Part shown: one piece after another, positions 54,301 through 63,500 of the stretch
How positions within the stretch are numbered: the stretch's first letter is position 1
Layout: each line of letters begins with the position of its first letter
From: Octopus sinensis
Taxonomy: Eukaryota
Direction of reading: 5' to 3'
Assembly (NCBI RefSeq): GCF_006345805.1
Contig: NC_043019.1
Span: 2,976,001-3,040,000 of the forward strand
DNA length: 64,000 bases
Program-made: the position numbers and the translations under genes
The notes under the pieces: model-generated
Seen by the model: the letters and a program-made list of their open reading frames with translations, nothing else
The model's database searches: none
What the model was told of the DNA's origin: nothing

Positions 54301-57300
54301 TGATCTAATAAACACTTTGACCATTTTGGCCCTTCATATAAATTTATTGTAACTAAAAAGTTATTTATACTAGTACAAAGTAGTAATTAAGTTTTTAATA
54401 GATAGGAGTAAATAGGGACTACAATATAGTTTAGGTATAAATTCTTAATATAAGAAAATCATAAGCTTGTCCTTAATTGGCATTGCATCTTTACAAAATG
54501 TGTGCCAATAATGTAATGTCTGGTAAGACATTTTGAATATCTAAACTGTTTTACAGATGGTCTTTTTGAAAATCAAACAATATTCAGTTTGATAAAACAG
54601 TTTTCTAATAATTCAGCACCCTTAATACTCAAAATCATTTCTATAGGGTCAATACTGAACACTCTTCTGACACCTTGTTTAGTCTCTATAGATGCAAAAG
54701 ATGCTACACTATTTTATAATTACATATGAGGTAGGTAGAAACTGGATATTCAAAATGGGTCTTGAACTAGCTCATGATTACAGAGGGGTATATGGTATGG
54801 TAACCTTGATATTTAGTCTAATATTAGTTACATCATGCCCCACAGTTAATCATTAAATTACACATACTTGACAGTCTAATGTACTTGGTGATTTGTTGGC
54901 AAGTTAAACACTAAAGGATGCTAGTGTTCCAAATAGCTCACATGTCACCACTCCTTAACTCCAAAGCATGAGACAATTCTCATCCCATCAGCCATTTAAT
55001 CTCTGGATTTGGTATTTGAAGACTTATTTCTGTTTCTAAAGTTGAAATCAATGCTGAAAAGTAGCAGATTTCAAATGTCAGAAGAGATCGAAGAAATTTG
55101 CTATGAGAACCATGCACTGTCCCTGAAATTGGATTCCAATTTTTTTTTTTTAAACTGAATAAGAATGCTGGGATTGAGACAACAACTGGATGGAACTATT
55201 CGGTAAGTAAAGCAATCGCTTGGATTTCTTTAAAAGTCTGGATTATTTTTGGACAGACTTTCTAGAATGAAAAAGTATATTTGAAGATTAACCTAGAAGT
55301 TATATTCGTAATTTTCCTCCACAAATTAAAAACATTTTGAAGTGATTTTGATTAAAAACAAATTATCAGCAAATATGTTAGTTTAAAAACTAATTGTTTT
55401 ATTCCTATATTATTTTAAAAGGCTTTTCCTGGAAAATTTATTTAAAATATATATAAATGAAATACAAAGTTTCTGCATATTATCCAACTGAAAGTCAATA
55501 ACTATGAAGAACCTTACAGAGAATTTAAGGGACTGGTTTTAGATTAAATATAAGAATATACTATACAAATGAGATTGAAACAAGAAAATTACTAGAAATC
55601 CCTAATATCAAGAGTGACTATATTTAGTGCATTTATGTTCAATGTCTTATAAATGTTGAAGTTTCATAATGAAAAATTTAATGAAAAATTAACATTTAAT
55701 CAAAATGTTAAATTTAAAAGGAAAAAATTCTAGTTTAAATTTTAGTTTAATCAAGTAAAGTAAATTCACCAAGAACATGTATTTTCAAACAGTATGATTT
55801 TGTGGAACCATATAAAGTAAATAAGTTGTTTCATGTTGATTATATAAAGATAATGGATGAAATAAATGCTTAACCAATAATATAATTTTTTCAAATTAAC
55901 TAAAAATTTCTATTTCTCAATAACATTTGAAATGACATGATAATATTTTGTTAATTTATAAAAATAATTCATTCTTTTACTGTAAAATGGTATTTTATAA
56001 AGGTTTAACTGATGAGATATTTGTAGTTAATTTGAGTTCCATAAAATAAAAGTAACAGAAATTTTGAAATATCAATAACTGACAAAATTTAAAATTGATC
56101 TAACTGGTTTTTCTTACTGCATAAATATGAATATGTTGTAACATTTAAATAACAAAAAGAAAATCATATACTTACAAATGGTTATGTGTGTAAAAATAGA
56201 ATTAATGTAAATATCATGATAAATTTATACAGTTAATAATGAAAAACATGGAATGATAAACAAAATGAAATTTTGCATTGTTCATACTTAGAAAAATCAT
56301 TTAAATAATATATACAGAGTCAAGTACAAAGTATGACATTTGTTTACAAGTTATGTAAGAAATGTTAGATTTAAATAACTCTGAAATAATATTTTTGAGA
56401 AAACAATTAACTGTAAATAAAGGAAATTAACGATAAAAGAAATGCATAAGTTCAGGAAATATTAATATTGTCTGTAAAAGGAAATGAACTTTTACTATTA
56501 GTACAGCTGCAATATTTTATATTATCAGCAGGATTGGCTTGAGGATTACCAGAATAATTATTTTCATAACATGTGTATTTTGGAGAAAAACATCACATTC
56601 AAAGATAAATTGTTAATCTTCAATTTACTTGACCTTGAAATTGTAATAGTTTTATTTATGATTTAAAACATTGTGTGAGATTATTATTTGGATACCTTCT
56701 ACAAACCCTCCCACTAAAAAAAAAAACACATGTTTAATTTCTATCATGTTTAAACCAATCCTGCTTAACAATATATATAAAGAAACACTTCAAAGATTAA
56801 TAGATGTACACAAAGTTTGAAGGTAAAATGTAAAAGTAACATTGCCAAAAGATGAAACAACAGAATTCATTTAAAACATAAACAATGAAAACAAAATATC
56901 AATTACATATGGCACTTAAATAATAGTAAATATAATTTGGTCAATTTAAATATTAAACAATAATATTTTGATAAGACATTATAAAGTTTAATTATAAATA
57001 CACCTTATTACTTATAATTACACACTTTAATTATTTTAAACTAAGCATTTTAATTTCAGTTTTAATTATGCAAAAAATTGTAATTATCAACATACCTGGT
57101 GGTGTGCGAACTGAAAAAGATTTACAGAAAGAAAAGAAATAAGTATATTCCTTATAAGAATATCTAAAACTTAATATTTTGTCATTAAATTTTATAAATA
57201 GCTGAAACAAAAATGATTTTATTGTTTAATTCCATCAGTAGAATGGCAAGCCAGGTTAACAAACCTTTTGAAATTCTTGGTTAATTTGATATAGTCTGAA

Positions 57301-60219
57301 AGAGAACACAGTCCATTATTCCTTTAGATTCTTCTTCTGTTTTGAAGAATGTTGATAAGAGAACGAAGTTAAATTGACTGATTTTTAATTAGAAATGCTA
57401 AAATTTAGAAAGTTATATTAGAAGTGAGATGAGGTACTGGGATAAATATTAAACATGGTCTCCATAGTAGTGAAATGAGACACTAGAAATAGAGATGTAA
57501 ATGACTCAGACATGTTTATGTGAGGGTTATAGAATGACTAGATTCTGTGGGGATATATGAAATTGGAAAGAAATGAGCTGCTGGATGTGTAATGTCAGCA
57601 TGTATGAACAGAGTACAAGTATGCTGAAAAACAAAAAAAAAAAAAAATACAAAACGGGCATCATGCTTCATGTTCTCTCCATCAATTTTCAAAATATGAA
57701 AATCCTACAGGATGTCAAATTTTACATGATTCTATAAAAGATAATTCATAAGAAAGAAAATCCACAAATCAGATGAATGAGAATGGACAAAGTGGTTATC
57801 TATGGAGAATTTTTAATTGCAATGGATTCTAAAGCTGAATCATCCTGTTTTCTAACAGAGAATTTTTATCTGTGTTGGTTATTCTAGTCAAAGCTAGATA
57901 ACAAGCATGCATAAATATTACATCACAAATGAATTACAATGATTAGACAGCACATTTGTACTATCTCAATTATACTTCTAATATCCCTTATAATTATTTC
58001 TTCATTGCCCACAGAGGGCTAAACATAGAGGGGACAAACAAGGATAGACAAAGGGAGTAAGTCAATTACATCGACCCCTGTATATAATTGGTACTTATTT
58101 AATCAACCCTGAAAGGATGAAAGACAAAGTTAACCTTAGTGGAATTTGAACTCAGGATGTAATGGCAGACAAAATACTGCTAAGCATTTCACCCAGTGTG
58201 CTAACGATTCTTCCAGCTCGCCGCTACTATCCCTTATAATGGAAAACAGAACATATGCTTATAATACTATAACAGATAAAGGAGATATTTTTTCACTATC
58301 TACACTATTTACATTACTTGAAAAACTATAATATTTACTATACAGTGTTGATATTCTATGAGATTAATAAATAATTTCATTTTTAACTAAATAAATGAGT
58401 TCAAAGTGAGGTTTTGTGTTCCACCAAGAGTGACTTGGCCTGCCAAATGTATACAAATTCTTGGAAAGGCCAGGAAAATAATGTGACAGACAAAATAGTA
58501 TATAGTTGGAAAAAATCTGAGACAAAAGAACCGAGACACAGTAGTGTATATGAAAGAGAAAGCAAACTTTTGGACAAAAGACAACTGTGGTCTGTTACTC
58601 AGGTTTGATACCAAATCAGAACTTTGATAATATTGGCATTGTACATTGGACATTGTTAGGAGTATTTTAACTTTCCCTTTCATTTGATAATATACCTAAG
58701 ACACCATGAATATCTAACAATGATAACTAAATCAATATGAAATCTGATGAAGTATGTAAAAAAAAAAATAAGTAGAAAAAAACCTCTGAAACTACTAGTA
58801 AATATGTATTATAACATAATTATGTCCTATTTTACAAATATGCACATACAAATGGTTCACATTTTATGTCAGTCATAAGAGAAAAGCTTGTAGTTATTAG
58901 ACCCTAACAAAAAGGATTTGAAAATCAAACTTTGAAGGTTTTAAATATAACATATTTAAGTGTCAGATAATCAGCTACATGTTTTTCAAAAATTTATCTA
59001 ACCAGTTTAAACATCCATGGGTATTATATCTGGAGGTGTAGCTGTTACAAACATATTGTCTTATATGTGAGATGAATAAACAAATATATTCTTAACAAAA
59101 ATAAATTTCAGGAAATATATTGGGGGAGAGAGAGAGAGAGATTCTTTTTACAGCTAACAACTCAACATAAAGTGAATTATAATTGCAACCTATTTACACT
59201 TTGGAAAGCAGTTCAAAATCATAAGTAAGGGGTTATATACAAATTATTTTAAATACATCAGTTATATTTCAAGTAACTTTACGTATGTATTATTTATGTT
59301 TATGTTCTAAATGACCATCGGAGAGGCAGAGATTTTTATAGTGTTGAGAATCAATTTTGACTGTGAAAATTTCAAAATAAAGTAAGCCCATATACAAGCA
59401 GATACTATGTGATAATACAATTCAGAAGAGCCTGTAGTGGAGGTAGACTTAATGTTCTCAATCCAACTATACTCAAGGAAAAAGCTACATTCCAGAGACT
59501 AACACAGCTATTTAAAGTGATAAAACTAGTGTAAGAATATTTGTTAAGGAAATAAAATACTATTTAAAATAGAACATGTCAGTTTTGGCAATAGCTCTTT
59601 AAACATAATCCTGACTAAGCAGAATAATGATAATGTTACATTCTTTTTTATTTCATATATATAAACTAATAATTATTATGGTCAGTTGTTGAATATCTCC
59701 ATGCTTAAAACTACTGCAATTTTAAAGAGTTTAACCCCTTCTGGTACTGCTATTAAAATCACATACTCGAAGAGGCAATTTCCATTTTACAGAATATTAT
59801 TAACACAGCCATAACTGTTTAGAATTTCCTTAAATTATAAAAGTGAACATGTCTCATAAATCATTAAACTGCATATGTTTTCTGAAGAATTTAGAAGATT
59901 TATTAAATAGTTTAAAATTATAAAGCAGCTGCAAATCCAGATGGTCTATCTAATACTTGTGTCACCTAACATTTACTAAAATGAGAAACTGCTTTCCAAA
60001 TTTATTTTACATAATTCTTCCTCTTCCTAGAATAGATCATTGCAATATTTCTGGAAAGAAAATGTCATACACTATCAATTCTTTACCTAATTTTATTACA
60101 GTCAAGTTAATGCTTATATAAACATATATATATGAAACTATATAATTTCATAGATTTGTTATTTTTAAACAAACATACATACATATACAAACAAGATTAA
60201 TGATGTTGATATAACAAAG

Positions 60220-60269
<50 letters not shown>

Positions 60270-60314
60270 ATATATATATATATGTGTATATATATATGTA
60301 TATATGTATATATG

Positions 60315-60374
<60 letters not shown>

Positions 60375-60505
60375 ATATAAAAATACAAAATGGGACAAGA
60401 ACGCAAAACATTAAAATAGACAATACAAAAAACAGGCGGATCATTCGAAGCCTCTAATCTTCAGTCAAGAACCGGATCATCCTCGCAATTTCGGCTGATT
60501 AATCT

Positions 60506-60540
<35 letters not shown>

Positions 60541-63500
60541 CATGGAAAGTTAATAATAATAAAAGTGACATTTTTATTATGGAGGAAAAAATTTGTATAT
60601 TTAAGTATTTCTAACTATGCTTTCAGATATAGATTTAGGTTTATGCATTTCCAAATACATTAGAAGTTCTCAGAATAAATCACATTGCTTCTGTTACATG
60701 AGGCATTGTAGGTGAAAGATGATTGTATTAAACTTTGTAGCTCCTTAAAATGAAGCATCCAAGAATAAAATGAAGCACCCAACAATGACAATCACTTAAA
60801 TTCAACACTGGGAACTGGTAATTACTATAATTTGTCATATTCGTCCACTACTCTTTTCTTTTAAAACCTTTGTATCTCAATTTACTTTTACAATAGTTAA
60901 GGCCTTAATAGAGTGCTCGAGAGTAATAATGATATATATGCTTTCAAGCTACATGACACTCATATCTACCCTGTCATGAATCTCCTACAGTTTACCTGGA
61001 AGGTAAGTTCTAATAAAGCTAAATGCCCAATGTGTTAAATAAAAAACAACAGGATAGTAAAATACAATATATTTCATAATAAAACTATAAAATCCCATGA
61101 CCATCGTCATGGGTATAAAGTAATTTACAACCATTACTTGAATGAACAAAATTTCAAGAAAACAAATTTACTGAAATAGTTAATGTGGTCATCACAATCA
61201 CACTAGTTTATATCAGTATTGTTAAATGTTTAAAAAGCAAAAAAAAAAAAAAAAAAAAAAAACTGCTTTTCATAATCTCTAATCAGCCAATTCTTTATCA
61301 ATTTCCATTTACAATTTCTCAAATAAACATGACAGAAACATAAAACAAATTCAAAACTATAACATACAATGTAACATTCACAAACCAAACAAAACAAATG
61401 ACAACAACATTATAATCTCCAATTCTTCAATATGAGTTTTAAATAAAGTTGAAAAAAAATTAATCATAAAAAAAAAAATCATATCCTTTGTTAGAATAAT
61501 AGAACTATTTATTGTTAAACTTTGTTATATTTGGAGTCTAGATATTTATGAGTATATATTTTTATATCATGCACAGTTGTCTGTGATTAACACAATAATT
61601 AAACAATAAATTCCTATGAACATTTTTAAAAACATGCCTTATATAATATTTTAAAATTAAAATTATTTGTTGTCATAGAATATTTCAATATCATGTTTAC
61701 AAATCTTCATTCAAGTCACTATACTATCTGTGGAACATTACCTGCCAGGAGAAAAGTAATTTCATCATTTTATTTAGAGCTGTGCACCCTGTCAGTTATC
61801 ATGCTAACCTTGACTTTGTTCCGAGCTAAATGAAACAAATCATGAAACCATGATTTAATGCGGCACGATATTGCACAAAAGCATCAAATCAGCTGATGCC
61901 ATGAAACCAAAATGTAGGCACTGTTTGAATAACATATTGGCATACAGCCTCATTACAACTCAGTTTGAAAAAAAACCAGAGGATGCTTAGTCAAGTAAAA
62001 GAGAGCAATCACTGACATCTTTAAGACAATCTGAGTGTTCTAAAAATGTTACTCCTGGCTATTTCATCAATTTTATAATAAGCTAGTATATTTAAAAAAT
62101 TTTTTTTGCACTAAAGACAGTGTAAATTTTCATTTGAAACTTGTTTTTATGAAATCTACAGTATGAATTCTAAGTGAAATTGGAATGATTTTCAAAGAAT
62201 ATACAAAAGACCAAGGAAAATATTTGCATTCACAAGAATTGCACCACACTAAGTTAGAAATGGATTATTACAATGTGATCAAATATTGTCATATTAATTA
62301 CTGGCAAAGTATTACAGTACAAGGTAATAGTATCTTAATAATATAGGTTTGAAGGACAACCACTCAACCATATACTACTTGAAAGGAAAATATATCAAAA
62401 GAAAAATACCTCTTGAAAACAAAGGCATTCTAAAAATTCAGAGTAAAGGTGCAAGTGTACTGCTGGAATATACTATCTGAAATTCATGATATTCTTACAA
62501 CTTGCTAACATTGACTCTTTACAAAAGACAAGAGGAATTTTTCCCTTTCAGGAAATCATTGTTCTTACTGAGAGTGATCAGCAAGCCAGTCAAGATACAC
62601 TGGCAAAAATCAAAAGTATTTAGAAGTTCTTGACAATTAAGAGAATGTGGCTCTTGTTTTGATGGATGGAAGACACCTTCAGAAGTATTACTCCTAAAAT
62701 TATTTGTGAGAAAGATACTTCACAAAACACTAAAATATCTTCTACCTATACCAATTGTAAGAAAGTTTCAATGAACAGAATCCATAGACCCTAAAACAGA
62801 CATTAAAAACCGTTAACTGTACTAATTTATACTAATACCTAGGCTAATGTACATGCACTGATACTCTTTTAAGCATCTATAGATTTTTATGTAATAATTG
62901 TAATAAAACCAAAGCCTGAATTCTAGTTTACATGGCTTTATGGTTCATTGTTGGGAAATGTTACAAGATTTCTCTCCAATTCTATTCTATATGTTCTCAG
63001 TCTTCTTACATTTTATTTTTTCCGATACACACAAACATAGCCAGGTAATGTGTCCTGAATCCATAAGAAATTATAGTTTCTACAGTGCCTATTCAGGAGA
63101 GATGCAGCATTGACTATTTCTAAGGATGAACTCTTATTTTATTTATTATTTTAATCCTTATGTATACAATCTGACTAAAATATTACATTACACACCATTG
63201 TTTACTGAATATCAACTGCTGTCATAAGCTTCTTTGCATCCTCAAAAGCAGGAATGTACAGAGTTTTTTTTATATCAATTTACATTCATCACCTGTAAAA
63301 TCATAGCCTTACAGTGAAAATCTTTACAGAACAGCAATTTGCTTTTTTGTGGTGGTATGTGGGGAGATCACTTTCACAGAAATAACAACATGCAAAACCA
63401 TGCAAAACCCCACCATTTATTTGTAAAGCTTTGTATCCATTCTTAAATAATATATATGCCATAAAAATAATGATAACTTTAATATTTATTTATTTATATA

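Noticed and set aside
61725-61765. ttttctcctggcag|gtaatg as a recursive splice (ratchet) site; similar AG|GT at ~6049, 14781, 42824 and 63293
   Set aside because: Introns here are short for recursive splicing and AGGT is common; cannot be supported without nascent RNA data.
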